Source: Eledone cirrhosa
Taxonomy: Eukaryota
Assembly: GCA_964016885.1 (NCBI GenBank)
Contig: OZ024741.1
Span: 130,944,001 to 131,008,000, forward strand
Reading direction: 5' to 3'
Length of the DNA: 64,000 nt
Below, piece after piece: positions 44,201 to 59,600 of the stretch (the stretch's first letter is position 1; each line of letters begins with the position of its first letter). Under the pieces are notes generated by a model that made no database searches, was not told the origin of the DNA, and was given only the letters and a program-made list of their open reading frames with translations. The position numbers were made by a program, and so were the translations under genes.

Positions 44201-47200
44201 CACTGAACATATAACTTTACACATCATATTTGTCTATGTAACTAGGGTTGGAAGCAGTGAACATATAACTTTACACATCATATTTGTCTGTGTAACTAGG
44301 GTTGGAAGCGGTGAACATATAACTTTACACATCATATTTGTCTGTGTAACTAGGGTTGGAAGCGGTGAACATATAACTTTACACATCATATTTGTCTGTG
44401 TAACTAGGGTTGGAAGCAGTGAACATATAACTTTACACATCATATTTGTCTGTGTAACTAGGGTTGGAAGCAGTGAACATACAACTTTACACAACCTATT
44501 TGTCTGTGTAACTAGGGTTAGAAACAGTGAACATATAACTTTACACATCATATTTGTCTATGTAATTAGGGTGGGAAGCAGTGAACATATAACTTTACAC
44601 ATCATATTTGTCTGTGTAACTAGGGTTGGAAGCAGTGAACACATAACTTTACACATCATATTTGACTGTGTAACTAGGGTTGGAAGCACTGAACATATAA
44701 CTTTACACATCATATTTGTCTGTGGAACTAGGGTTGGAAGCAGTGAACATATAACTTTACACATCATATTTGTCTATGTAACTAGGGTTGGAAGCAGTGA
44801 ACATATAACTTTACACATCATATTTGTCTGTGTAACTCGGGTTGGAAGCGGTGAACATATAACTTGACACATCATATTTGTCTGTGGAACTAGGGTTCGA
44901 AGCGGTGAACATATAACTTTACACATCATATTTGTCTGTGTAACTAGGGTTGGAAGCAGTGAACATATAACTTTACACATCATATTTGTCTGTGTAACTA
45001 GGGTTGGAAGCGGTGAACATATAACTTTACACCTCATATTTGTCTGTGTAACTAGGGTTGGAAGCAGTGAACATATAACTTTACACATCATATTTGTCTG
45101 TGTAACTAGGGTTGGAAGCGGTGAACATATAACTTTACACATCATATTTGACTGTGTAACTAGGGTTGGAAGCGGTGAACATATAACTTTACACATCATA
45201 TTTGTCTTTGTAACTAGGGTTGGAAGCAGTGAACATATAACTTTACACATCATATTTGTCTGTGTAACTAGGGTTGGAAGCAGTGAACATATAACTTTAC
45301 ACATCATATTTGTCTGTGTAACTCGGGTTGGAAGCGGTGAACATATAACTTTACACATCATATTTGTCTGTGTAACTAGGGTTGGAAGCAGTGAACATAC
45401 AACTTTACACATCATATTTGTCTGTGTAACTAGGGTTGGAAGCAGTGAACATATAACTTTACACATCATATTTGTCTGTGCAACTAGGGTTGGAAGCAGT
45501 GAACATATAAATTTACACATCATATTTGTCTGTGTAACTAGGGTTGGAAGCAGTGAACATATAACTTTACACATCATATTTGTCTGCGTAACTCGGGTTG
45601 GAAGCGGTGAACATATAACTTTACACATCATATTTGTCTGTGGAACTAGGGTTGGAAGCGGTGAACATATAACTTTACACATCATATTTGTCTGTGTAAC
45701 TAGGGTTGGAAGCAGTGAACATATAACTTTACACATCATATTTGTCTGACTAACTAGGTTTGGAAGCGGTGAACATATAACTTTACACATCATATTTGAC
45801 TGTGTAACTAGGGTTGGAAGCGGTGAACATACAACTTTACACATCATATTTGTCTGTGGAACTAGGGTTGGAAGCAGTGAACATATAACTTTACACATCA
45901 TATTTGTCTATGTAACTAGGGTTGGAAGCAGTGAACATATAACTTTACACATCATATTTGTCTGTGTAACTCGGGTTGGAAGCGGTGAACATATAACTTG
46001 ACACATCATATTTGTCTGTGGAACTAGGGTTCGAAGCGGTGAACATATAACTTTACACATCATATTTGTCTGTGTAACTAGGGTTGGAAGCAGTGAACAT
46101 ATAACTTTACACATCATATTTGTCTGTGTAACTAGGGTTGGAAGCGGTGAACATATAACTTTACACCTCATATTTGTCTGTGTAACTAGGGTTGGAAGCA
46201 GTGAACATATAACTTTACACATCATATTTGTCTGTGTAACTAGGGTTGGAAGCGGTGAACATATAACTTTACACATCATATTTGTCTGTGTAACTAGGGT
46301 TGGAAGCGGTGAACATATAACTTTACACATCATATTTGTCTTTGTAACTAGGGTTGGAAGCAGTGAACATATAACTTTACACATCATATTTGTCTGTGTA
46401 ACTAGGGTTGGAAGCAGTGAACATATAACTTTACACATCATATTTGTCTGTGTAACTCGGGTTGGAAGCGGTGAACATATAACTTTACACATCATATTTG
46501 TCTGTGTAACTAGGGTTGGAAGCAGTGAACATACAACTTTACACATCATATTTGTCTGTGTAACTAGGGTTGGAAGCAGTGAACATATAACTTTACACAA
46601 CATATTTGTCTGTGTAACTAGGTTTGGAAGCAGTGAACATATAACTTTACACATCATATTTGTCTGTGTAACTAGGGTTGGAAGCAGTGAACATACAACT
46701 TTACACAACCTATTTGTCTGTGTAACTAGGGTTAGAAACAGTGAACATATAACTTTACACATCATATTTGTCTATGTAATTAGGGTGGGAAGCAGTGAAC
46801 ATATAACTTTACACATCATATTTGTCTGTGTAACTAGGGTTGGAAGCAGTGAACACATAACTTTACACATCATATTTGACTGTGTAACTAGGGTTGGAAG
46901 CACTGAACATATAACTTTACACATCATATTTGTCTGTGGAACTAGGGTTGGAAGCAGTGAACATATAACTTTACACATCATATTTGTCTATGTAACTAGG
47001 GTTGGAAGCAGTGAACATATAACTTTACACATCATATTTGTCTGTGTAACTCGGGTTGGAAGCGGTGAACATATAACTTGACACATCATATTTGTCTGTG
47101 GAACTAGGGTTCGAAGCGGTGAACATATAACTTTACACATCATATTTGTCTGTGTAACTAGGGTTGGAAGCAGTGAACATATAACTTTACACATCATATT

Positions 47201-50200
47201 TGTCTGTGTAACTAGGGTTGGAAGCGGTGAACATATAACTTTACACCTCATATTTGTCTGTGTAACTAGGGTTGGAAGCAGTGAACATATAACTTTACAC
47301 ATCATATTTGTCTGTGTAACTAGGGTTGGAAGCGGTGAACATATAACTTTACACATCATATTTGTCTGTGTAACTAGGGTTGGAAGCGGTGAACATATAA
47401 CTTTACACCTCATATTTGTCTGTGTAACTAGGGTTGGAAGCAGTGAACATATAACTTTACACATCATATTTGTCTGTGTAACTAGGGTTGGAAGCAGTGA
47501 ACATATAACTTTACACATCATATTTGTCTGTGTAACTCGGGTTGGAAGCGGTGAACATATAACTTTACACATCATATTTGTCTGTGTAACTAGGGTTGGA
47601 AGCAGTGAACATACAACTTTACACATCATATTTGTCTGTGTAACTAGGGTTGGAAGCAGTGAACATATAACTTTACACATCATATTTGTCTGTGCAACTA
47701 GGGTTGGAAGCAGTGAACATATAAATTTACACATCATATTTGTCTGTGTAACTAGGGTTGGAAGCAGTGAACATATAACTTTACACATCATATTTGTCTG
47801 CGTAACTCGGGTTGGAAGCGGTGAACATATAACTTTACACATCATATTTGTCTGTGGAACTAGGGTTGGAAGCGGTGAACATATAACTTTACACATCATA
47901 TTTGTCTGTGTAACTAGGGTTGGAAGCAGTGAACATATAACTTTACACATCATATTTGTCTGACTAACTAGGTTTGGAAGCGGTGAACATATAACTTTAC
48001 ACATCATATTTGACTGTGTAACTAGGGTTGGAAGCGGTGAACATACAACTTTACACATCATATTTGTCTGTGGAACTAGGGTTGGAAGCAGTGAACATAT
48101 AACTTTACACATCATATTTGTCTATGTAACTAGGGTTGGAAGCAGTGAACATATAACTTTACACATCATATTTGTCTGTGTAACTCGGGTTGGAAGCGGT
48201 GAACATATAACTTTACACCTCATATTTGTCTGTGTAACTAGGGTTGGAAGCAGTGAACATATAACTTTACACATCATATTTGTCTGTGTAACTAGGGTTG
48301 GAAGCGGTGAACATATAACTTTACACATCATATTTGTCTGTGTAACTAGGGTTGGAAGCGGTGAACATATAACTTTACACATCATATTTGTCTTTGTAAC
48401 TAGGGTTGGAAGCAGTGAACATATAACTTTACACATCATATTTGTCTGTGTAACTAGGGTTGGAAGCAGTGAACATATAACTTTACACATCATATTTGTC
48501 TGTGTAACTCGGGTTGGAAGCGGTGAACATATAACTTTACACATCATATTTGTCTGTGTAACTAGGGTTGGAAGCAGTGAACATACAACTTTACACATCA
48601 TATTTGTCTGTGTAACTAGGGTTGGAAGCAGTGAACATATAACTTTACACATCATATTTGTCTGTGCAACTAGGGTTGGAAGCAGTGAACATATAAATTT
48701 ACACATCATATTTGTCTGTGTAACTAGGGTTGGAAGCAGTGAACATATAACTTTACACATCATATTTGTCTGCGTAACTCGGGTTGGAAGCGGTGAACAT
48801 ATAACTTTACACATCATATTTGTCTGTGTAACTAGGGTTGGAAGCAGTGAACATACAACTTTACACATCATATTTGTCTGTGTAACTAGGGTTGGAAGCA
48901 GTGAACATATAACTTTACACATCATATTTGTCTGTGCAACTAGGGTTGGAAGCAGTGAACATATAAATTTACACATCATATTTGTCTGTGTAACTAGGGT
49001 TGGAAGCAGTGAACTTATAACTTTACACATCATATTTGTCTGCGTAACTCGGGTTGGAAGCGGTGAACATATAACTTTACACATCATATTTGTCTGTGGA
49101 ACTAGGGTTGGAAGCGGTGAACATATAACTTTACACATCATATTTGTCTGTGTAACTAGGGTTGGAAGCAGTGAACATATAACTTTACACATCATATTTG
49201 TCTGTCTAACTAGGTTTGGAAGCGGTGAACATATAACTTTACACATCATATTTGACTGTGTAACTAGGGTTGGAAGCGGTGAACATACAACTTTACACAT
49301 CATATTTGTCTGTGGAACTAGGGTTGGAAGCAGTGAACATATAACTTTACACATCATATTTGTCTATGTAATTAGGGTGGGAAGCAGTGAACATATAACT
49401 TTACACATCATATTTGTCTGTGTAACTAGGGTTGGAAGCAGTGAACACATAACTTTACACATCATATTTGACTGTGTAACTAGGGTTGGAAGCACTGAAC
49501 ATATAACTTTACACATCATATTTGTCTGTGGAACTAGGGTTGGAAGCAGTGAACATATAACTTTACACATCATATTTGTCTATGTAACTAGGGTTGGAAG
49601 CAGTGAACATATAACTTTACACATCATATTTGTCTGTGTAACTCGGGTTGGAAGCGGTGAACATATAACTTGACACATCATATTTGTCTGTGGAACTAGG
49701 GTTCGAAGCGGTGAACATATAACTTTACACATCATATTTGTCTGTGTAACTAGGGTTGGAAGCAGTGAACATATAACTTTACACATCATATTTGTCTGTG
49801 TAACTAGGGTTGGAAGCGGTGAACATATAACTTTACACCTCATATTTGTCTGTGTAACTAGGGTTGGAAGCAGTGAACATATAACTTTACACATCATATT
49901 TGTCTGTGTAACTAGGGTTGGAAGCGGTGAACATATAACTTTACACATCATATTTGTCTGTGTAACTAGGGTTGGAAGCGGTGAACATATAACTTTACAC
50001 CTCATATTTGTCTGTGTAACTAGGGTTGGAAGCAGTGAACATATAACTTTACACATCATATTTGTCTGTGTAACTAGGGTTGGAAGCAGTGAACATATAA
50101 CTTTACACATCATATTTGTCTGTGTAACTCGGGTTGGAAGCGGTGAACATATAACTTTACACATCATATTTGTCTGTGTAACTAGGGTTGGAAGCAGTGA

Positions 50201-51650
50201 ACATACAACTTTACACATCATATTTGTCTGTGTAACTAGGGTTGGAAGCAGTGAACATATAACTTTACACATCATATTTGTCTGTGCAACTAGGGTTGGA
50301 AGCAGTGAACATATAAATTTACACATCATATTTGTCTGTGTAACTAGGGTTGGAAGCAGTGAACATATAACTTTACACATCATATTTGTCTGCGTAACTC
50401 GGGTTGGAAGCGGTGAACATATAACTTTACACATCATATTTGTCTGTGGAACTAGGGTTGGAAGCGGTGAACATATAACTTTACACATCATATTTGTCTG
50501 TGTAACTAGGGTTGGAAGCAGTGAACATATAACTTTACACATCATATTTGTCTGACTAACTAGGTTTGGAAGCGGTGAACATATAACTTTACACATCATA
50601 TTTGACTGTGTAACTAGGGTTGGAAGCGGTGAACATACAACTTTACACATCATATTTGTCTGTGGAACTAGGGTTGGAAGCAGTGAACATATAACTTTAC
50701 ACATCATATTTGTCTATGTAACTAGGGTTGGAAGCAGTGAACATATAACTTTACACATCATATTTGTCTGTGTAACTCGGGTTGGAAGCGGTGAACATAT
50801 AACTTTACACCTCATATTTGTCTGTGTAACTAGGGTTGGAAGCAGTGAACATATAACTTTACACATCATATTTGTCTGTGTAACTAGGGTTGGAAGCGGT
50901 GAACATATAACTTTACACATCATATTTGTCTGTGTAACTAGGGTTGGAAGCGGTGAACATATAACTTTACACATCATATTTGTCTTTGTAACTAGGGTTG
51001 GAAGCAGTGAACATATAACTTTACACATCATATTTGTCTGTGTAACTAGGGTTGGAAGCAGTGAACATATAACTTTACACATCATATTTGTCTGTGTAAC
51101 TCGGGTTGGAAGCGGTGAACATATAACTTTACACATCATATTTGTCTGTGTAACTAGGGTTGGAAGCAGTGAACATACAACTTTACACATCATATTTGTC
51201 TGTGTAACTAGGGTTGGAAGCAGTGAACATATAACTTTACACATCATATTTGTCTGTGCAACTAGGGTTGGAAGCAGTGAACATATAAATTTACACATCA
51301 TATTTGTCTGTGTAACTAGGGTTGGAAGCAGTGAACATATAACTTTACACATCATATTTGTCTGCGTAACTCGGGTTGGAAGCGGTGAACATATAACTTT
51401 ACACATCATATTTGTCTGTGGAACTAGGGTTGGAAGCGGTGAACATATAACTTTACACATCATATTTGTCTGTGTAACTAGGGTTGGAAGCAGTGAACAT
51501 ATAACTTTACACATCATATTTGTCTGTCTAACTAGGTTTGGAAGCGGTGAACATATAACTTTACACATCATATTTGACTGTGTAACTAGGGTTGGAAGCG
51601 GTGAACATACAACTTTACACATCATATTTGTCTGTGGAACTAGGGTTGGA
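40730..51650. repeat. Serial overlapping duplications with offsets 2,214 (41-mer), 2,106 (39-mer) and 2,592 bp (48-mer)
   Basis: The marker monomer CTATGTAATTAGGGTGGG occurs at ~42452, 44558, 46772 and 49364. ORF pairs are 41166/43380 and 44774/46988/49580. Confidence 0.85.
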
Positions 51651-52960
51651 AGCAGTGAACATAGAACTTTACACATCATATTTGTCTGTGTAACTAGGGT
51701 TGGAAGCAGTGAACATATAACTTTACACATCATATTTGTCTGTGTAACTCGGGTTGGAAGCGGTGAACATATAACTTTACACATCATATTCGTCTGTGTA
51801 ACTAGGGTTGGAAGCGGTGAACATATAACTTTACACATCATATTTGTCTGTGTAACTAGGGTTGGAAGCAGTGAACATATAACTTTACACATCATATTCG
51901 TCTGTGTAACTAGGGTTGGAAGCAGTGAACATATAACTTTACACATCATATTTGTCTGTGTAACTAGGGTTGGAAGCGGTGAACATATAACTTTACACAT
52001 CATATTTGTCTGTGTAACTAGGGTTGGAAGCGGTGAACATATAACTTTACACATCATATTTGTCTTTGTAACTAGGGTTGGAAGCAGTGAACATATAACT
52101 TTACACATCATATTTGTCTGTGTAACTAGGGTTGGAAGCAGTGAACATATAACTTTACACATCATATTTGTCTGTGTAACTCGGGTTGGAAGCGGTGAAC
52201 ATATAACTTTACACATCATATTTGTCTGTGTAACTAGGGTTGGAAGCAGTGAACATACAACTTTACACATCATATTTGTCTGTGTAACTAGGGTTGGAAG
52301 CAGTGAACATATAACTTTACACATCATATTTGTCTGTGCAACTAGGGTTGGAAGCAGTGAACATATAAATTTACACATCATATTTGTCTGTGTAACTAGG
52401 GTTGGAAGCAGTGAACATATAACTTTACACATCATATTTGTCTGCGTAACTCGGGTTGGAAGCGGTGAACATATAACTTTACACATCATATTTGTCTGTG
52501 GAACTAGGGTTGGAAGCGGTGAACATATAACTTTACACATCATATTTGTCTGTGTAACTAGGGTTGGAAGCAGTGAACATATAACTTTACACATCATATT
52601 TGTCTGTCTAACTAGGTTTGGAAGCGGTGAACATATAACTTTACACATCATATTTGACTGTGTAACTAGGGTTGGAAGCGGTGAACATACAACTTTACAC
52701 ATCATATTTGTCTGTGGAACTAGGGTTGGAAGCAGTGAACATAGAACTTTACACATCATATTTGTCTGTGTAACTAGGGTTGGAAGCAGTGAACATATAA
52801 CTTTACACATCATATTTGTCTGTGTAACTCGGGTTGGAAGCGGTGAACATATAACTTTACACATCATATTCGTCTGTGTAACTAGGGTTGGAAGCGGTGA
52901 ACATATAACTTTACACATCATATTTGTCTGTGTAACTAGGGTTGGAAGCAGTGAACATAT
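50830..52960. repeat. Tandem duplication, period 1,080 bp (20 monomers)
   Basis: The sequence lines starting at 51241 and 52321 (TGTCTGTGCA variant), and their neighbours, are identical at an offset of 1,080. Confidence 0.85.
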
Positions 52961-54099
52961 AACTTTACATATCATATTTGTCTGTGTAACTAGGGTTGGA
53001 AGCAGTGAACATATAACTTTACACATCATATTTGTCTGTGTAACTAGGGTTGGAAGCAGTGAACATATAACTTTACACATCATATTCGTCTGTGTAACTA
53101 GGGTTGGAAGCAGTGAACATATAACTTTACACATCATATTTGTCTGTGTAACCAGGGTTGGAAGCACTGAACATATAACTTTACACATCATATTTGTCTA
53201 TGTAACTAGGGTTGGAAGCAGTGAACATATAACTTTACACATCATATTTGTCTGTGTAACTAGGGTTGGAAGCGGTGAACATATAACTTTACACATCATA
53301 TTTGTCTGTGTAACTAGGGTTGGAAGCGGTGAACATATAACTTTACACATCATATTTGTCTGTGTAACTAGGGTTGGAAGCAGTGAACATATAACTTTAC
53401 ACATCATATTTGTCTGTGTAACTAGGGTTGGAAGCGGTGAACATATAACTTTACACATCATATTTGTCTGTGTAACTAGGTTTGGAAGCAGTGAACATAT
53501 AACTTTACACATCATATTTGTCTGTGTAACTAGGGTTGGAAGCAGTGAACATACAACTTTACACAACCTATTTGTCTGTGTAACTAGGGTTAGAAACAGT
53601 GAACATATAAATTTACACATCATATTTGTCTGTGTAACTAGGGTTGGAAGCAGTGAACATATAACTTTACACATCATATTTGACTGTGTAACTAGGGTTG
53701 GAAGCAGTGAACATATAACTTTACACATCATATTTGTCTGTGGAACTAGGGTTGGAAGCAGTGAACATATAACTTTACACATCATATTTGTCTGTGTAAC
53801 TCGGGTTGGAAGCGGTGAACATATAACTTGACACATCATATTTGTCTGTGGAACTAGGGTTCGAAGCGGTGAACATATAACTTTACACATCATATTTGTC
53901 TGTGTAACTAGGGTTGGAAGCAGTGAACATATAACTTTACACATCATATTTGTCTGTGTAACTAGGGTTGGAAGCGGTGAACATATAACTTTACACCTCA
54001 TATTTGTCTGTGTAACTAGGGTTGGAAGCAGTGAACATATAACTTTACACATCATATTTGTCTGTGTAACTAGGGTTGGAAGCGGTGAACATATAACTT

Positions 54100-57000
54100 T
54101 ACACATCATATTTGTCTGTGTAACTAGGGTTGGAAGCACTGAACATATAACTTTACACATCATATTTGTCTATGTAACTAGGGTTGGAAGCAGTGAACAT
54201 ATAACTTTACACATCATATTTGTCTGTGTAACTAGGGTTGGAAGCGGTGAACATATAACTTTACACATCATATTTGTCTGTGTAACTAGGGTTGGAAGCG
54301 GTGAACATATAACTTTACACATCATATTTGTATGTGTAACTAGGGTTGGAAGCAGTGAACATATAACTTTACACATCATATTTGTCTGTGTAACTAGGGT
54401 TGGAAGCAGTGAACATATAACTTTACACATCATATTTGTCTGTGTAACTAGAGTTGGAAGCACTGAACATATAACTTTACACATCATATTTGTCTATGTA
54501 ACTAGGGTTGGAAGCAGTGAACCTATAACTTTACACATCATATTTGTCTGCGGAACTAGGGTTGGAAGCAGTGAACATATAACTTCACACATCATATTTG
54601 TCTGTGTAACTAGGGTTGGAAGCAGTGAACATATAACTTTACACATCATATTTGTCTGTGTAACTAGGGTTGGAAGCGGTGAACATATAACTTTACACAT
54701 CACATTTGTCTGTGTAACTAGGGTTGGAAGCAGTGAACATATAATTTTACACATCATATTTGTCTGCGTAACTCGGGTTGGAAGCGGTGAACATATAACT
54801 TTACACATCATATTTGTCTGTGTAACTAGGGTTGGAAGCAGTGAACATAGAACTTTACACGTCATATTTGTCTGTGTAACTAGGGTTGGAAGCAGTGAAC
54901 ATATAACTTCACACATCATAATTGTCTGTGTAACTAGGGTTGGAAGCGGTGAACATATAACTTTACACATCATATTTGTCTGTGTAACTAGGGTTGGAAG
55001 CAGTGAACATATAACTTTACACATCATATTTGTCTGTGTAACTAGGGTTGGAAGCGGTGAACATATAACTTTACACCTCATATTTGTCTGTGTAACTAGG
55101 GTTGGAAGCAGTGAACATATAACTTTACACATCATATTTGTCTGTGTAACTAGGGTTGGAAGCGGTGAACATATAACTTTACACATCATATTTGTCTGTG
55201 TAACTAGGGTTGGAAGCGGTGAACATATAACTTTACACATCATATTTGTCTTTGTAACTAGGGTTGGAAGCAGTGAACATATAACTTTACACATCATATT
55301 TGTCTGTGTAACTAGGGTTGGAAGCAGTGAACATATAACTTTACACATCATATTTGTCTGTGTAACTCGGGTTGGAAGCGGTGAACATATAACTTTACAC
55401 ATCATATTTGTCTGTGTAACTAGGGTTGGAAGCAGTGAACATACAACTTTACACATCATATTTGTCTGTGTAACTAGGGTTGGAAGCAGTGAACATATAA
55501 CTTTACACATCATATTTGTCTGTGCAACTAGGGTTGGAAGCAGTGAACATATAAATTTACACATCATATTTGTCTGTGTAACTAGGGTTGGAAGCAGTGA
55601 ACATATAACTTTACACATCATATTTGTCTGCGTAACTCGGGTTGGAAGCGGTGAACATATAACTTTACACATCATATTTGTCTGTGGAACTAGGGTTGGA
55701 AGCGGTGAACATATAACTTTACACATCATATTTGTCTGTGTAACTAGGGTTGGAAGCAGTGAACATATAACTTTACACATCATATTTGTCTGTCTAACTA
55801 GGTTTGGAAGCGGTGAACATATAACTTTACACATCATATTTGACTGTGTAACTAGGGTTGGAAGCGGTGAACATACAACTTTACACATCATATTTGTCTG
55901 TGGAACTAGGGTTGGAAGCAGTGAACATAGAACTTTACACATCATATTTGTCTGTGTAACTAGGGTTGGAAGCAGTGAACATATAACTTTACACATCATA
56001 TTTGTCTGTGTAACTCGGGTTGGAAGCGGTGAACATATAACTTTACACATCATATTCGTCTGTGTAACTAGGGTTGGAAGCGGTGAACATATAACTTTAC
56101 ACATCATATTTGTCTGTGTAACTAGGGTTGGAAGCAGTGAACATATAACTTTACATATCATATTTGTCTGTGTAACTAGGGTTGGAAGCAGTGAACATAT
56201 AACTTTACACATCATATTTGTCTGTGTAACTAGGGTTGGAAGCAGTGAACATATAACTTTACACATCATATTTGTCTGTGTAACTAGGGTTGGAAGCGGT
56301 GAACATATAACTTTACACCTCATATTTGTCTGTGTAACTAGGGTTGGAAGCAGTGAACATATAACTTTACACATCATATTTGTCTGTGTAACTAGGGTTG
56401 GAAGCGGTGAACATATAACTTTACACATCATATTTGTCTGTGTAACTAGGGTTGGAAGCACTGAACATATAACTTTACACATCATATTTGTCTATGTAAC
56501 TAGGGTTGGAAGCAGTGAACATATAACTTTACACATCATATTTGTCTGTGTAACTAGGGTTGGAAGCGGTGAACATATAACTTTACACATCATATTTGTC
56601 TGTGTAACTAGGGTTGGAAGCGGTGAACATATAACTTTACACATCATATTTGTATGTGTAACTAGGGTTGGAAGCAGTGAACATATAACTTTACACATCA
56701 TATTTGTCTGTGTAACTAGGGTTGGAAGCAGTGAACATATAACTTTACACATCATATTTGTCTGTGTAACTAGAGTTGGAAGCACTGAACATATAACTTT
56801 ACACATCATATTTGTCTATGTAACTAGGGTTGGAAGCAGTGAACATATAACTTTACACATCATATTTGTCTGTGTAACTAGGGTTGGAAGCGGTGAACAT
56901 ATAACTTTACACATCACATTTGTCTGTGTAACTAGGGTTGGAAGCAGTGAACATATAATTTTACACATCATATTTGTCTGCGTAACTCGGGTTGGAAGCG

Positions 57001-59600
57001 GTGAACATATAACTTTACACATCATATTTGTCTGTGTAACTAGGGTTGGAAGCAGTGAACATAGAACTTTACACGTCATATTTGTCTGTGTAACTAGGGT
57101 TGGAAGCAGTGAACATATAACTTCACACATCATAATTGTCTGTGTAACTAGGGTTGGAAGCGGTGAACATATAACTTTACACATCATATTTGTCTGTGGA
57201 ACTAGGGTTCGAAGCGGTGAACATATAACTTTACACATCATATTTGTCTGTGTAACTAGGGTTGGAAGCGGTGAACATATAACTTTACACATCATAGTTG
57301 TCTGTGTAACTAGAGTTGGAAGCAGTGAACATATAACTTTACACATCATATTTGTCTGTGTAACTCGGGTTGGAAGCGGTGAACATATAACTTTACACAT
57401 CATATTTGACTGTGTAACTAGGGTTGGAAGCGGTGAACATACAACTTTACACATCATATTTGTCTGTGGAACTAGGGTTGGAAGCAGTGAACATAGAACT
57501 TTACACATCATATTTGTCTGTGTAACTAGGGTTGGAAGCAGTGAACATATAACTTTACACATCATATTTGTCTGTGTAACTCGGGTTGGAAGCGGTGAAC
57601 ATATAACTTTACACATCATATTCGTCTGTGTAACTAGGGTTGGAAGCGGTGAACATATAACTTTACACATCATATTTGTCTGTGTAACTAGGGTTGGAAG
57701 CAGTGAACATATAACTTTACATATCATATTTGTCTGTGTAACTAGGGTTGGAAGCAGTGAACATATAACTTTACACATCATATTTGTCTGTGTAACTAGG
57801 GTTGGAAGCAGTGAACATATAACTTTACACATCATATTTGTCTGTGTAACTAGGGTTGGAAGCAGTGAACATATAACTTTACACATCATATTTGTCTGTG
57901 TAACTAGGGTTGGAAGCACTGAACATATAACTTTACACATCATATTTGTCTATGTAACTAGGGTTGGAAGCAGTGAACATATAACTTTACACATCATATT
58001 TGTCTGTGTAACTAGGGTTGGAAGCGGTGAACATATAACTTTACACATCATATTTGTCTGTGTAACTAGGGTTGGAAGCGGTGAACATATAACTTTACAC
58101 ATCATATTTGTCTGTGTAACTAGGGTTGGAAGCAGTGAACATATAACTTTACACATCATATTTGTCTGTGTAACTAGGGTTGGAAGCGGTGAACATATAA
58201 CTTTACACATCATATTTGTCTGTGTAACTAGGTTTGGAAGCAGTGAACATATAACTTTACACATCATATTTGTCTGTGTAACTAGGGTTGGAAGCAGTGA
58301 ACATACAACTTTACACAACCTATTTGTCTGTGTAACTAGGGTTAGAAACAGTGAACATATATATTTACACATCATATTTGTCTGTGTAACTAGGGTTGGA
58401 AGCAGTGAACATATAACTTTACACATCATATTTGACTGTGTAACTAGGGTTGGAAGCAGTGAACATATAACTTTACACATCATATTTGTCTGTGGAACTA
58501 GGGTTGGAAGCAGTGAACATATAACTTTACACATCATATTTGTCTGTGTAACTCGGGTTGGAAGCGGTGAACATATAACTTGACACATCATATTTGTCTG
58601 TGGAACTAGGGTTCGAAGCGGTGAACATATAACTTTACACATCATATTTGTCTGTGTAACTAGGGTTGGAAGCGGTGAACATATAACTTTACACATCATA
58701 TTTGTCTGTGTAACTAGGGTTGGAAGCGGTGAACATATAACTTTACACATCATATTTGTCTGTGTAACTAGGGTTGGAAGCACTGAACATATAACTTTAC
58801 ACATCATATTTGTCTATGTAACTAGGGTTGGAAGCAGTGAACATATAACTTTACACATCATATTTGTCTGTGTAACTAGGGTTGGAAGCGGTGAACATAT
58901 AACTTTACACATCATATTTGTCTGTGTAACTAGGGTTGGAAGCGGTGAACATATAACTTTACACATCATATTTGTATGTGTAACTAGGGTTGGAAGCAGT
59001 GAACATATAACTTTACACATCATATTTGTCTGTGTAACTAGGGTTGGAAGCAGTGATCATATAACTTTACACATCATATTTGTCTGTGTAACTAGAGTTG
59101 GAAGCACTGAACATATAACTTTACACATCATATTTGTCTATGTAACTAGGGTTGGAAGCAGTGAACCTATAACTTTACACATCATATTTGTCTGCGGAAC
59201 TAGGGTTGGAAGCAGTGAACATATAACTTCACACATCATATTTGTCTGTGTAACTAGGGTTGGAAGCAGTGAACATATAACTTTACACATCATATTTGTC
59301 TGTGTAACTAGGGTTGGAAGCGGTGAACATATAACTTTACACATCACATTTGTCTGTGTAACTAGGGTTGGAAGCAGTGAACATATAATTTTACACATCA
59401 TATTTGTCTGCGTAACTCGGGTTGGAAGCGGTGAACATATAACTTTACACATCATATTTGTCTGTGTAACTAGGGTTGGAAGCAGTGAACATAGAACTTT
59501 ACACGTCATATTTGTCTGTGTAACTAGGGTTGGAAGCAGTGAACATATAACTTCACACATCTTAATTGTCTGTGTAACTAGGGTTGGAAGCGGTGAACAT
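54100..59600. repeat. Repeated block markers with period 2,322 bp (43 monomers)
   Basis: GTATGTG occurs at 54332/56654/58976 and TAGAGTTGG+GCACTG at 54452/56774/59096. GAACCTAT occurs at 54523/59167 (2x2,322). The intervening sequences are only partly colinear. Confidence 0.75.
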